64,000 bases of DNA, taken from assembly GCA_030390025.1 (NCBI GenBank), contig CM059430.1, positions 67,394,001 to 67,458,000 of the forward strand. The letters are read 5' to 3'. Below, piece after piece: positions 16,286 to 31,200 of the stretch. This DNA comes from Squalus acanthias. Lineage: Eukaryota. The notes beneath the pieces are model-generated. The model worked only from the letters and a program-made list of their open reading frames with translations, was not told the DNA's origin and searched no databases. The stretch's first letter is position 1; every line of letters begins with the position of its first letter. The translations under genes and the position numbers were made by a program.

Positions 16286-19200
16286 CTGGAGATTACACTA
16301 CCCACCCAACACAGTGAGTGAAGGCTGGAGATTACACTACCCACCCAACACAGTGAGTGAGTGCGGGCTGGAGATTACACTACCCACCCAACACTGTGAG
16401 TGAGTTCGGGCTGGTGATTACACTACACACCCAACACAACGAGTGAGTGCGGGCTGGAGATTACACTACCCGCCCAACACAGTGAGTGTGGGCTGGAGAT
16501 TACACTAGCCACCCAACACAGTGAGTGTTTGTGGGCTGCAGATTACACTACCCACCCAACACAGAGAGTGAGTGTGGGCTGGAGATTACACTACCCACCC
16601 AACACAGTGCGTGAGTGCGGGCTGTTGATTACACTACCTGCCCAACACAGTGAATGAGTGCGGGCTGGAGATTACACTACCGACCCAGCACAGTGAGTGT
16701 GGACTGGAGATTACACTACCCACAAAACACAGTGAGTGAGCGCAGGCTGGAGATAACACTACCCACCAAACACAGTGAGTGAATGCGGGCTGGAGATTAC
16801 ACGACCCACCCAACACAGTGAGTGAGTGCGGGCTGGAGATTACACTACCCACCCAACACAGTAAGTGATTGTGGGCTGGTGATTAGACTACCGACTCAAC
16901 ACAGTGAATGTGGGCTGGAGATTACACTACCCACCCAACACAGTGAGTACGGGCTGGTGATTACACTACCCACGCAACACAGTGAATGTGGGCTGCAGAT
17001 TACACTACCCACCCAACACAGTGAGTGAGTGTGGGCTGGAGATTACACTATCCACCCAACACAGTGAGTGAGTGTGGGCTGGAGATTACACTGCCCACAC
17101 AACACAGTGCGTGAGTGCGGGGCTGGTGATTACACTACCTAACCAACACAGTGAGTGAGTGCGGGCTGAACATTACACTACCGACCCAACACAGTGAGTG
17201 CGGGCTGAAGATTACACTACCCACCCAACACACTGAGTGTGGGCTGGAGATTACACTACCCGCCCAACACAGTGATTGTGGGCTGGAGATTACACTATCC
17301 ACCCAACACAGTGAGTGAGTGCGGGATGGAGATTACACTACCCACCCAACACAGTGAGTGAGTGCGGGCTGGAGATTACGCTACCCACAAAACACAGTGA
17401 GTGTGGGCTGGAGATTACACTACCCACCCAACACAGTAAGTGAGTGCGGGCTGGTGATTAGACTACCGACCCAACACAGTGAGTGTGGGCTGGAGATTAC
17501 ACTACCCACCCAACACAGTGAGTGTCGGCTGGAGATTACACTAAGCACCCAAAAGATTCAGTTCGTGCGGGCTGGAATTACACTACCCACACAAAACAGT
17601 GAGTGATTGTGGGCTGGAGATTACAAAACCCACCCAACACAGTGAGCGTGGGCTGGAGATTACACTACCCACCCAAAACAGTGCGTGAGTGCGGGCTGGT
17701 GATTACACTACCTACCCAAAACAGTGAATGAGTGCGGGCTGAACATTACACTACCTACCCAAGACAGTGAGTGAGTGCGGGCTGAACATTACACTACCGA
17801 CCCAAAACAGTGAGTGCGGGCTGAAGATTACACTACCCGCCCAACACAGTGACTGTGGGCTGGAGATTACACTACCCGCCCAACACAGTGACTGTGGGCT
17901 GGAGATTACACTACCCACCCGACACAGTGCGTGTGGGCTGGAGATTACACTATCCACCAAAACACAGTGAGTGAGTGCGGGCTGGAGATTACACTCCCCA
18001 CCCAACACAGTGAGTGAGTGCGGGCTGGTGATTACACTACCCACCCAACACAACGAGTGAGTGCGGGCTGGAGATTACACTAAACGCCCAACACAGTGAT
18101 TGCGGGCTGGAGATTACACTACCCACCCAACACAGTGAGTCAGTGTGGGCTGGAGATTACACTACACACCCAACACAGTGAGTGAGTGTGGGCTGGAGAT
18201 TACACTACCCACCCAACACACTGAGTGTGGGCTGGAGTTTACACTACCCACCCAACACAGTGCGTGAGTGCGGGCTGGTGATTACACTAACTTCCCAACA
18301 CAGTGAGTGAGTGCGGGCTGGAGATTACACTACCCACCCAACACAGTGAGCGTGGGTTGGTGATTACACTACCCACCCAACACAGTGAGTGATTGTGGGC
18401 TGGACATTACACTACCCACCCAACACACTGAGTGTGGGCTGGAGATTACACTACCCACCCAACACAGATGTGTAGGCTGGAGATTACACTACCCACGCAA
18501 CACAATGAGTGTGGGCTGGAGATTTCACTACCCACAAAACACATTCAGTCAGTGCGGGCTGGAGATTACACTACCCACACAAAACAGTGAGTGAGTGCGG
18601 GCTGGAGATTACACTACCCACCCAACACAGTGAGTGTGGGCAGGTGATTACACTACCCACCCAACAGAGTGAGTGAGAGCGGGTTGGAGATTACACTACC
18701 GATCTAACACAGTGAGTGAGTGCGGGCTGGGGATTACACAACCCACCCAACACAGTGAGTGAGTGCGGGCTGGAGATTACACTACCCACCCAACACAGTG
18801 AGTGTGGGCTGGTGATTACACTACCCACCCAACACAGTGAGTGTGGGCTGGAGATTCCACTACCCACCCAACACAGTGAGTGAGTGTGGGCTGGAGATTT
18901 CACTACCCACCCAACTCAACGAGTGAGTGCGGCTGGAGATTACACTACCCACCCAACACAGTGAGTGTGAGCTGGAGATTACACTACCCACCCAGCACAG
19001 TGAGTGATTGTGGGCTGGAGATTACACTACCCACCCAACACACTGAGTGTGGGCTGGAGATTACACTACCCACCCAACACAGTGACTGTGGGCTGGAGGT
19101 TACACTACCCACACAAAACAGTGAGTGTGGGCTGGAGATTACACTATCCACCCAACACACTGAGTGTGGGCTGGAGATTACACTGCACACACAAAACCGT

Positions 19201-22200
19201 GAGTGAGTGCGGGCTGGAGATTGCACTACCCACCCAACACAGTGAGTGAGTGCGGGCTGGAGATTACACTACCCACCCAACACAGTAAGCGTGGGGTGGT
19301 GATTACACTACCCATCCAACAGAGTGAGTGTGGGCTGGAGATTACACTACACACCCCACACAGTGCGTGAGTGCGGGCTGGTGATTACACTACCGACCCA
19401 ACACAGTGAGTGAGTGCGGGATGAAAAGATTACACTACCGACCCAACACAGTGAGTGTGGGCCGGAGATTACACTACCCACCCAACACAGTGAGTGAGTG
19501 CGGGCTGGAGATTACACTACCCGCCCAACACAGTGACTGTGGGCTGGAGATTACACTACCCACCCGACACAGTGAGTGTGGGCTGGAGATTACACTATCC
19601 ACCCAACACAGTGAGTGTAGGCTGGAGATTACACTACCCACGCAAAACATTGAGTGCGGGCTGGTGATTACACTACCGACCCAACTCAGTGAGTGTGGGC
19701 TGGAGATTACACTACCCACCCAACACAGTGAGTGTGGGCTGGTGATTTCACTACCCACCCAACACAGTGAGTGAGAGCGGGTTGGAGATTACACTACCGA
19801 TCCAACACAGTGAGTGAGTGTGGGCTGGTGATTAAACTACCCACCCAACACAGTGAGTGCGTGTGGGCTGGAGATTACACTACCCACCCAACACAGTGAG
19901 TGCGTGTGAGCTGGAGATTACGCTACCCACGAAACACAGTGAGCGCGGGCTGGAGATTACACGACCCACCCAACACAGTGAGTGAGTGTGGGCTGGAGAT
20001 CACACTACCCACCCAACACAGTAAGTGAGTGCGGGCTGGAGATTACACTGCCCACACAACAGACTCAGTTTGGGCTGGAGATTACACTACCCACCCAACA
20101 CGGTGAGTGAAGGCTGATGATTATACTACACACCCAACACAGTGAGTGAGTGCGGGCTGGTAATTACACTACCCACCCAACACAACGAGTGAGTGCGGGC
20201 TGGAGATTACACTAACCGCCCAACACAGTGAGTGCGGGCTGGAGATTACACTACCCACCCAACACAGTGAGTGAGTGTGGGCTGGAGATTACACTACACA
20301 CCCAACACAGTGAGTGAGTGCGGGCTGGAGATTACACTACCCACCCAACACACTGAGTGTGGGCTGGAGTTTACACTAACCACCCAACACAGTGCGTGAG
20401 TGCGGGCTGGTGATTACACAACCTGCCCAACACAGTGAGTGAGTGCGGGCTGGAGATTACACTACCCACCCAACACAGTGAGCGTGGGTTGGTGATTACA
20501 CTACCCACCCAACACAGTGAGTGTAGGCTGGAGATTACACTAGACACGCAACACAATGAGTGTGGGCTGAAGATTACACTACCGACCCAGCACAGTGAGT
20601 GTGGGCTGGAGATTACACTACCCACAAAACACATTCAGTCAGTGCGAGCTGTAGATTACACTACCCACACAAAACAGTGAGTGAGTGCGGGCTGGAGATT
20701 ACACTACCCACCCAACACAGTGAGTGTGGGCTGGTGATTACACTACCCACCCAACAGAGTGAGTGAGAGCGGGTTGGAGATTACTCTACCGATCTAACAC
20801 AGTGAGTGAGTGTGGGCTGGAGATTACACTACCCACCCGACAGAGTGAGTGAGTGCGGGCTGGAGATTACACTACCCACAAAACACAGTGAGCGCGGGCT
20901 GGAGATTACACTACCCACCAAACGCAGTGAGTGAGTGTGGGCTGGAGATTACAGTACCCACCCAACACAGTGAGTGAGTGCGGGCTGGAGATTACACTAC
21001 CCACCCAACACAGTAAGTGAGTGCGGGCTGGTGATTACACTACCGACCCACCACAGTGAGTGTGGGCTGGAGATAACACTACCCACCCAAGACATTCAGT
21101 CAGTGTGGGCTGGAGATTACACTACCGATCCAACACAGTGAGTGAGTGCGGGCTGGGGATTACACAACCCACCCAACACAGTGAGTGTGGGCTGGTGATT
21201 ACACTACCCACCCAACACAGTGTGTGTGGGCTGGAGATTCCACAACCCACCCAACACAGTGAGTGAGTGCGGGCTGGAGATTAGACTACCCACAAAACAC
21301 AGTGAGCGCGGGCTGGAGATTACACTACCCTCCAAACGCAGTGAGTGAATGTGGGCTGGAGATCACAGTACCCACCCAACACAGTAAGTGAGTGCGGGCT
21401 GGTGATTACACTACCGACCCACCACAGTGAGTGTGGGCTGGAGATTACACAACCCACCCAACACACTGAGTGTGGGCTGGAGATTACACTACCCACCCAA
21501 CACAGTGAGCGTGGTGTGGTGAGTACAATACCAACCCAACACAGTGCGTGTGGGCTGGAGATTACACTACCCACCCAACACAATGAGTGCGTGCGGGCTG
21601 GTGATTACACTACCCACCCAACGCAACGAGTAAGTGCAGGCTGGAGATTACACTACCCATCCAACACGGTGAGTGAAAGCTGGAGATTACACTACCCACC
21701 CAACACAGTGAATGAGTGTAGGCTGGAGATTACACTACCCACCCAACACAGTGAGTGAGTGCGGGCTGGTGATTAAACTACCCACCCAACGCAGTGAGTT
21801 AGTGCGGCTGGAGATTACACTACCCACCCAAAACAGTGAGCGTGGGGTGGTGATTACACTACCCACCCAACACAGTGAGTGTAGGCTGGAAAATTACATT
21901 ACCCACGCAACACAGTGAGTGAGTGTGGGCTGGAGATTACACGACCCACACAAAACAGTGAGTGAGTGCGGGCTGGAGATTACACTACCCACGCGACACA
22001 GTGAGTGTGGGCTGGAGATTACACTATCCACCCAACACAGTGAGTGAGTGTAGGCTGGAGATTACACTACCCACGCAAAACAGTGAGTGTGGTCTGGAGA
22101 TTACACTACCCACCCAACACAGTGAGTGATTGCGGGCTGGAAATTAAACTACCCACCCAACGCAGTGAGTGAGTGCGGTCTGGAGATTACACTCCCCACC

Positions 22201-25200
22201 CAACACAGTGAGCGTGGGGTGGTGATTACACTACCCACCCAACACAGTGAGTGTAGGCTGAAGTTTACACTCCCCACACAACACAGTGAGTGTGGGCTGG
22301 AGATTACACTACCCACCCAACACAGTGAGTGAGTGTGGGCTGGAGATTACACTACCCACCCAAAACAGTGCATGAGTGCGGGCTGGTGATTACAATACCT
22401 GCCCAACACAGTGAGTGAGTGCGGGCTGAAGATTACACTACCGACCCAACACAGTGAGTATGGGTTGGTGATTACACTACCCACAAAACACATTCAGTCA
22501 GTGCGGGCTGGAGATTACACTACCCACCCAACACAGTGAGCGTGGGGTGGTGATTACACTACCCACCCAACACAGTGAGTGCAGGCTGGAGATTACACTA
22601 CCCACGCAACACAGTGAGTGAGTGTGGGCTGGAGATTACACTACCCACCCAACACAGTGCGTGAGTGCGGGCTGATGATTACACTACCTGCCCAACACAG
22701 TGAGTGAGTGCGGGCTGAGGATTACACTACCGACCCAACACAGTGAGTGTGGGCTGGAGATTACACTACCCACAAAACACATTCAGTCAGTGCGGGCTGG
22801 AGATTACACCAGCCACACAAAACAGTGAGTGAGTGCAGGCTGGAGATTACACTACCCGCCCAACACAGTGAGTGTAGGCTGGAGATTACACTACCCACGC
22901 AAAACAGTGAGTGCGGGCTGGTGATTACACTACCGACCCAACACAGTGAGTGTAGGCTGGAGATTACACTACCCACGCAAAACAGTGAGTGCGGGCTGGT
23001 GATTACACTACCGACCCAACACAGTGAGTGCGGGCTGGTGATTACACTACCCACCCAACACGCTGAGTGTGGGCTGGAGATTACACTACCCACACAACAC
23101 AGTGAGTGTGGGCTGGTGATTTCACTACCCACCCAACACAGTGAGTGATTGCGGGCTGGAGATTCCACTACCCACCCAACACAGTGAGTGTGGGCTGGTG
23201 ATTACACTATCCACCCAACAGAGTGAATGAGAGCGGGTTGGAGATTACACTACCGATCCAACACAGTGAGTGAGTGTGGGCTGGAGATTACACTACCCAC
23301 CCAACACAGTGATTGAGTGCGGGCTGGAGATTAGACTACCCACAAAACACAGTGAGCGCGGGCTGGAGATTACACTACCCACCAAACGCAGTGAGTGAGT
23401 GTGGGCTGGAGATTACAGTACCCACCCAACACAGTGAGTGTGGGCTGGAGATTACACTACCCACCCAAAACAGTGAGTGAGTGCGGGCTGGAGATTAAAG
23501 TACCCACCCAACACAGTGAGTGTGGGCTGGAGATTACACTACCCCCCCAACACAGTGAGCGTGGGGTGGTGAGTACACTACCCACCCAACACAGTGAGTG
23601 TGGGCTGGAGATTACACTACCCACCCAACACAGTGAGTGCGTGCGGGCTGGTGATTACACTACCCACCCAACGCAACGAGTAAGTGCAGGCTGGAGATTA
23701 CACTGCCCACACAACAGACTCAGTGTAGGCTGGAGATTACACTACCCACCCAACACGGTGAGTGAAAGCTGGAGATTACACTACCCACCCAACAGAGTGA
23801 GTGAGTGTAGGCTGGAGATTACACTACCCACCCAACACAGTGAGTGAGTGCGGGCTGGTGATTACACTACCCACCCAACACAACGAGTGAGTGCGGGTTG
23901 GAGATTACACTACCCGCCCAACACAGTGAGTGCGGGCTGGAGATTACACTACCCACCCAACACAGTGAGTGTGGTCTGGAGATTACACTACCCACACAAC
24001 ACAGTGAGTGATTGCGAGCTGGAGATTAAACTACCCACCCAACGCAGTGAGTGAGTGCGGGCTGGAGATTACACTACCCACCCAACACAGTGAGCGTGGG
24101 GTGGTGATTACACTCCCCACCCAACACAGTGAGTGCAGGCTGGAGATTACACTACCCACGCAACACAGTGAGTGTGGGCTGGAGATTACACTACCCACCC
24201 AACACAGTGAGTGAGTGTGGGCTGGAGATTACACTACCCACCCAACACAGTGCATGAGTGCGGGCTGGTGATTACAATACCTGCCCAACACTGTGAGTGA
24301 GTGCGGGCTGAAGATTACACTACCGACCCAACACAGTGAGTGTGGGTTGGAGATTACACTACACACAAAACACATTCAGTCAGTGCGGGCTGGTGATTAC
24401 ACTACCCACACAACACAGTGAGTGAGTGAAGGCTGGAGATTACACTACCCACCCAACACAGTGAGTGAGTGTAGGCTGGTGATTACACTACCCACCCAAC
24501 ACAGTGAGTGATTGCGGGCAGGAGATTAAACTACCCACCCAACGCAGTGAGTGAGTGCGGCTGGAGATTACACTACCCACCCAAAACAGTGAGCGTGGGG
24601 TGGTGATTACACTACCCACCAAACACAGTGAGTGTAGGCTGGAGATTACACTACCCACGCAACACAGTGAGTGAGTGTGGGCTGGAGATTACACTACCCA
24701 CCCAACACAGTGCGTGAGTGCGGACTGGTGATTACACTACCTGCCCAACACAGTGAGTGAGTGCGGGCTGAAGATTACAGTACCGACCCAACACAGTGAG
24801 TGAGTGTGGGCTGGAGATTACACTACCCACCCAACACAGTGATTGAGTGCGGGCTGGAGATTAGACTACCCACAAAACACAGTGAGCGCGGGCTGGAGAT
24901 TACACTACCCACCAAACGCAGTGAGTGAGTGTGGGCTGGAGATTACAGTACCCACCCAACACAGTGAGTGTGGGCTGGAGATTACACTACCCACCCAAAA
25001 CAGTGAGTGAGTGCGGGCTGGAGATTACACGACCCACCCAACACAGTGAGCGTGGGGTGGTGAGTACACTACCCACCCAACACAGTGAGTGTGGGCTGGA
25101 GATTACACTACCAACCCAACACAGTGAGTGCGTGCGGGCTGGTGATTACACTACCCACCCAACGCAACGAGTAAGTGCAGGCTGGAGATTACACTGCCCA

Positions 25201-28200
25201 CACAACAGACTCAGTGTAGGCTGGAGATTACACTACCCACCCAACACGGTGAGTGAAAGCTGGAGATTACACTACCCACCCAACACAGTGAGTGAGTGTA
25301 GGCTGGAGATTACACTACCCACCCAACACAGTGAGTGAGTGCGGGCCGGTGATTACACTACCCACCCAACACAACGAGTGAGTGCGGGTTGGAGATTACA
25401 CTACCCGCCCAACACAGTGAGTGCCGGCTGGAGATTACACTACCCACCCAACACAGTGAGTGTGGTCTGGAGATTACACTACCCACACAACACAGTGAGT
25501 GATTGCGGGCTGGAGATTAAACTACCCACCCAACGCAGTGAGTGGGTGCGGGCTGGAGATTACACTACCCACCCAAAACAGTGAGCGTGGGGTGGTGATT
25601 ACACTACCCACCCAACACAGTGAGTGTAGGCTGGAGATTACACTACCCACCCAACACAGTGAGTGAGTGTGGGCTGGAGATTACACTACCCACCCAACAC
25701 AGTGCATGAGTGCGGGCTGGTGATTACAATACCTGCCCAACACAGTGAGTGAGTGCGGGCTGAAGATTACACTACCGACCCAACACAGTGAGTGTGGGTT
25801 GGAGATTACACTACACACAAAACACATTCAGTCAGTGCGGGCTGGTGATTACACTACCCACACAACACAGTGAGTGAGTGTAGGCTGGTGATTACACTAC
25901 CCACCCAACACAGTGAGTGATTGCGGGCAGGAGATTAAACTACCCACCCAACGCAGTGAGTGAGTGCGGATGGAGATTACACTACCCACCCAAAACAGTG
26001 AGCGTGGGGTGGTGATTACACTACCCACCCAACACAGTGAGTGTAGACTGGAGATTACACTACCCACGCAACACAGTGAGTGAGTGTGGGCTGGAGATTA
26101 CACTACCCACCCAACACAGTGCGTGAGTGCGGGCTGGTGATTACACTACCTACCCAACACAGTGAGTGAGTGCGGGCTGAAGATTACAGTACCGACCCAA
26201 CACAGTGAGTGTGGGCTGGAGATTACACTACCCACAAAACACATTCAGTCAGTGCGCGCTGGAGATTACACTACCCACACAAAACAGTGAGTGAGTGCGG
26301 GCTGGAGATTACACTACCCGCCCAACACAGTGATGTGGGCTGGAGATTACACTATCCACCCAACACAGTGAGTTAGTGTAGGCTGGAGATTACACTACCC
26401 ACGCAAAACAGTGAGTGTGGTCAGGAGATTACACTACCCACCCAACACAGTGAGCGATTGCGGGCTGGAGATTAAACTACCCACCCAACGCAGTGAGTGA
26501 GTGCGAGCTGGAGATTACACTACCCACCCAACACAGTGAGCGTGGGGTGGTGATTACACTACCCACCCAACACAGTGAGTGTAGGCTGAAGTTTACACTA
26601 CCCACGCAACACAGTGAGTGTGGGCTGGAGATTACACTACCCACCCAACACAGTGAGTGAGTGTGGGCTGGAGATTACACTACCCACCCAAAACAGTGCA
26701 TGAGTGCGGGCTGGTGATTACAATACCTGCCCAACACAGTGAGTGAGTGCGGGCTGAAGATTGCACTACCGACCCAACACAGTGAGTGTGGGTTGGAGAT
26801 TACACTACCCACCCAACACAGTGCATGAGTGTGGGCTGGTGATTACAATACCTGCCCAACACAGTGAGTGAGTGCGGGCTGAAGATTACACTACCGACCC
26901 AACACAGTGAGTGTGGGTTGGAGATTACACTACCAACAAAACACATTCAGTCAGTGCGGGCTGGAGATTACACTACCCACCCAACACAGTGAGTGTGGGG
27001 TGGTGATTACACTACCCACCCAACACAGTGAGTGTAGGCTGGAGATTGCACTACCCACGCAACACAGTGAGTGAGTGTGGGCTGGAGATTACACTACCCA
27101 CCCAACACAGTGCGTGAGTGCGGGCTGAGGATTACACTACCGACCCAACACAGTGAGTGTGGGCTGGAGATTACACTACCCACAAAACACATTCAGTCAG
27201 TGCGGGCTGGAGATTACACTACCCACACAAAACAGTGAGTGAGTGCGGGCTGGAGATTACACTACCCGCCCAACACAGTGACTGTGGGCTGGAGATTACA
27301 CTACCCACCCGACACAGTGAGTGTGGGCTGGAGATTACACTATCCACCCAACACAGTGAGTGTAGGCTGGAGATTACACTACCCACGCAAAACAGTGAGT
27401 GCGGGCTGGTGATTACACTACCGACCCAACACAGTGAGTGTAGGCTGGAGATTACACTACCCAAGCAAAACAGTGAGTGCGGGCTGGTGATTACACTACC
27501 GATCCAACACAGTGAGTGCGGGCTGGTGATTACACTACCCACCCAACACACTGAGTGTGGGCTGGAGATTTCACTACCCACCCAACACAGTGAGTGTGGG
27601 CTGGTGATTTCACTACCCACCCAACACAGTGAGTGAGTGCGGGCTGGAGATTCCACTACCCACCCAACACAGTGAGTGCGTATGGGCTGGAGATTACACT
27701 ACCCACCCAACACAGTGAGCGAGTGCGGGCTGGAGATTACGCTACCCACAAAACACAGTGAGCGCGGGCTGGAGATTACACTACCCACCAAACACAGTTT
27801 GTGAGTGCGGGCTGGAGATTACACTACCCACCCAACACAGTGAGTGAGTGTGGGCTGGAGATCACACTACCCACCGAACACAGTAAGTGAGTGTGGGCTG
27901 GAGATTACACTACCCACCCAACACAGTGAGTGTGGGCTGGAGATTACACTACCCACCCAACACAGTGAGTGAGTGTAGGCTGGAGATTACACTACCCACC
28001 CAACACAGTGAGTGAGTGCGGGCTGGTGATTACACTACCCACCCAACACAACGAGTGAGTGCGGGCTGGTGATTACACTACCCACCCAACACAGTGAGTG
28101 AGTGTGGGCTGGAGATTACACTACCCACCCAACACAGTGCATGAGTGCGGGCTGGTGATTACAATACCTGCCCAACACAGTGAATGAGTGCGGGCTGAAG

Positions 28201-31200
28201 ATTACACTACCGACCCAACACAGTGAGTGTGGGTTGGAGATTACACTACACACAAAACACATTCAGTCAGTGCGGGCTGGTGATTACACTACCCACACAA
28301 CACAGTGAGTGAGTGAAGGCTGGAGATTACACTACCCACCCAACACAGTGAGTGAGTGTAGGCTGGTGATTAAACTACCCACCCAACACAGTGAGTGATT
28401 GCGGGCAGGAGATTAAACTACCCACCCAACGCAGTGAGTGAGTGCGGCTGGAGATTACACTACCCACCCAAAACAGTGAGCGTGGGGTGGTGATTACACT
28501 ACCCACCCAACACAGTGAGTGTAGGCTGGAGATTACACTACCCACGCAACACAGTGAGTGAGTGTGGGCTGGAGATTACACTACCCACCTAACACAGTGC
28601 GTGAGTGCGGGCTGGTGATTACACTACCTGCCCAACACAGTGAGTGAGTGCGGGCTGAAGATTACAGTACCGACCCAACACAGTGAGTGTGGGCTGGAGA
28701 TTACACTACCCACAAAACACATTCAGTCAGTGCGCGCTGGAGATTACACTACCCACACAAAACAGTGAGTGAGTGCGGGCTGGAGATTACACTACCCGCC
28801 CAACACAGTGATGTGGGCTGGAGATTACACTACCCACCCGACACAGTGAGTGTGGGCTGGAGATTACACTATCCACCCAACACAGTGAGTGAGTGTAGGC
28901 TGGAGATTACACTTCCCACGCAAAACAGTGAGTGTGGTCTTGAGATTACACTACCCAGCCAACACAGTGAGTGAGTGTGGGCTGGAGATTACACTACCCA
29001 CCCAAAACAGTGCATGAGTGCGGGCTGGAGATTACACTACCCAGCCAACACAGTGAGCGTGGGGTGGTGATTACACTACCCACCCAACACAGTGAGTGTA
29101 GGCTGAAGTTTACACTACCCACGCAACACAGTGAGTGTGGGCTGGAGATTACACTACCCACCCAACACAGTGAGTGAGTGTGGGCTGGAGATTACACTAC
29201 CCACCCAAAACAGTGCATGAGTGCGGGCTGGTGATTACAATACCTGCCCAACACAGTGAGTGAGTGCGGGCTGAAGATTGCACTACCGACCCAACACAGT
29301 GAGTGTGGGTTGGAGATTACACTACCCACCCAACACAGTGCATGAGTGTGGGCTGGTGATTACAATACCTGGCCAACACAGTGAGTGAGTGCGGGCTGAA
29401 GATTACACTACCGACCCAACACAGTGAGTGTGGGTTGGAGATTACACTACCCACAAAACACATTCAGTCAGTGCGGGCTGGAGATTACACTACCCACCCA
29501 ACACAGTGAGTGTGGGGTGGTGATTACACTACCCACCCAACACAGTGAGTGTAGGCTGGAGATTACACTACCCACGCAACACAGTGAGTGAGTGTGGGCT
29601 GGAGATTACACTACCCACCCAACACAGTGAGTGCGTGCGGGCTGGTGATTACACTACCCACCCAACGCAACGAGTAAGTGCAGGCTGGAGATTACATTGC
29701 CCACACAACAGACTCAGTGTAGGCTGGAGATTACACTACCCACCCAACACGGTGAGTGAAAGCTGGAGATTACACTACCCACCCAACACAGTGAGTGAGT
29801 GTAGGCTGGAGATTACACTGCCCACACAACACAGTGCATGAGTGCGGGCTGGTGATTACACTACCCACCCAACACAACGAGTGAGTGCGGGCTGGTGATT
29901 ACACTACCCGCCCAACACAGTGAGTGTGGTCTGGAGATTACACTACCCACACAACACAGTGAGTGATTGCGGGCTGGAGATTAGACTACCCACCCAACGC
30001 AGTGAGTGAGTGCGGGCTGGAGATTACACTACCCACCCAAAACAGTGAGTGCAGGCTGGAGATTACACTACCCACGCAACACAGTGAGTGTGGGCTGGAG
30101 ATTACACTACCCACCCAACACAGTGAGTGAGTGTGGGCTGGAGATTACACTACCCACCCAACACAGTGCATGAGTGCAGGCTTGTGATTACAATACCTGC
30201 CCAACACAGTGAGTGAGTGCGGGCTGAAGATTACACTACCGACCCAAAACAGTGAGTGTGGGTTGGAGATTACACTACCCACAAAACACATTCAGTCAGT
30301 GCTGGCTGGAGATTACACTACCCACACAAAACAGTGATTGAATGAAGGCTGGAGATTACACTACCCACCCAACACAGTGAGTGAGTGTAGGCTGGTGATT
30401 ACACTACCCAACCAACACAGTGAGTGAGTGCGGGCAGGAGATTAAACTACCCACCCAACGCAGTGAGTGAGTTCGGGCTGGAGATTACACTACCCACCCA
30501 AAACAGTGAGCGTGGGGTGGTGATTACACTACCCACCCAACACAGTGAGTGTAGGCTGGAGATTACACTACCCACGCAACACAGTGAGTGAGTGTGGGCT
30601 GCAGATTACACTACCCACCCAACACAGTGCGTGAGTGCGGGCTGGTGATTACACTACCCACAAAATACATTCAGTCAGTGCGGGCTGGAGATTACACTAC
30701 CCACACAAAACAGTGAGTGAGTGCGGGCTGGAGATTACACTACCCGCCCAACACAGTGACTGTGGGCTGGATATTACACTACCCACCCAACACAGTGAGT
30801 GTAGGCTGGAGATTACACTACCCACGCAAAACAGTGAGTGCGGGCTGTTGATTACACTACCGACCCAACACAGTGAGTGTGGGCTGGAGATTACACTACC
30901 CACCCAACACAGTGAGTGCGTGCGGGCTGGAGATGCCACTACCCACCCAACACAGTGAGTGCGTGTGGGCTGGAGATTACACTACCCACCCAACGCAACG
31001 AGTAAGTGCAGGCTGGAGATTACATTGCCCACACAACAGACTCAGTGTAGGCTGGAGATTACACTACCCACCCAACACGGTGAGTGAAAGCTGGAGATTA
31101 CACTACCCACCCAACACAGTGAGTGAGTGTAGGCTGGAGATTACACTGCCCACACAACACAGTGCATGAGTGCGGGCTGGGGATTACACTACCCGCCCAA

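Noticed and set aside
15954-16403. Long ORFs spanning X residues
   Set aside because: Artefacts of the N gap.
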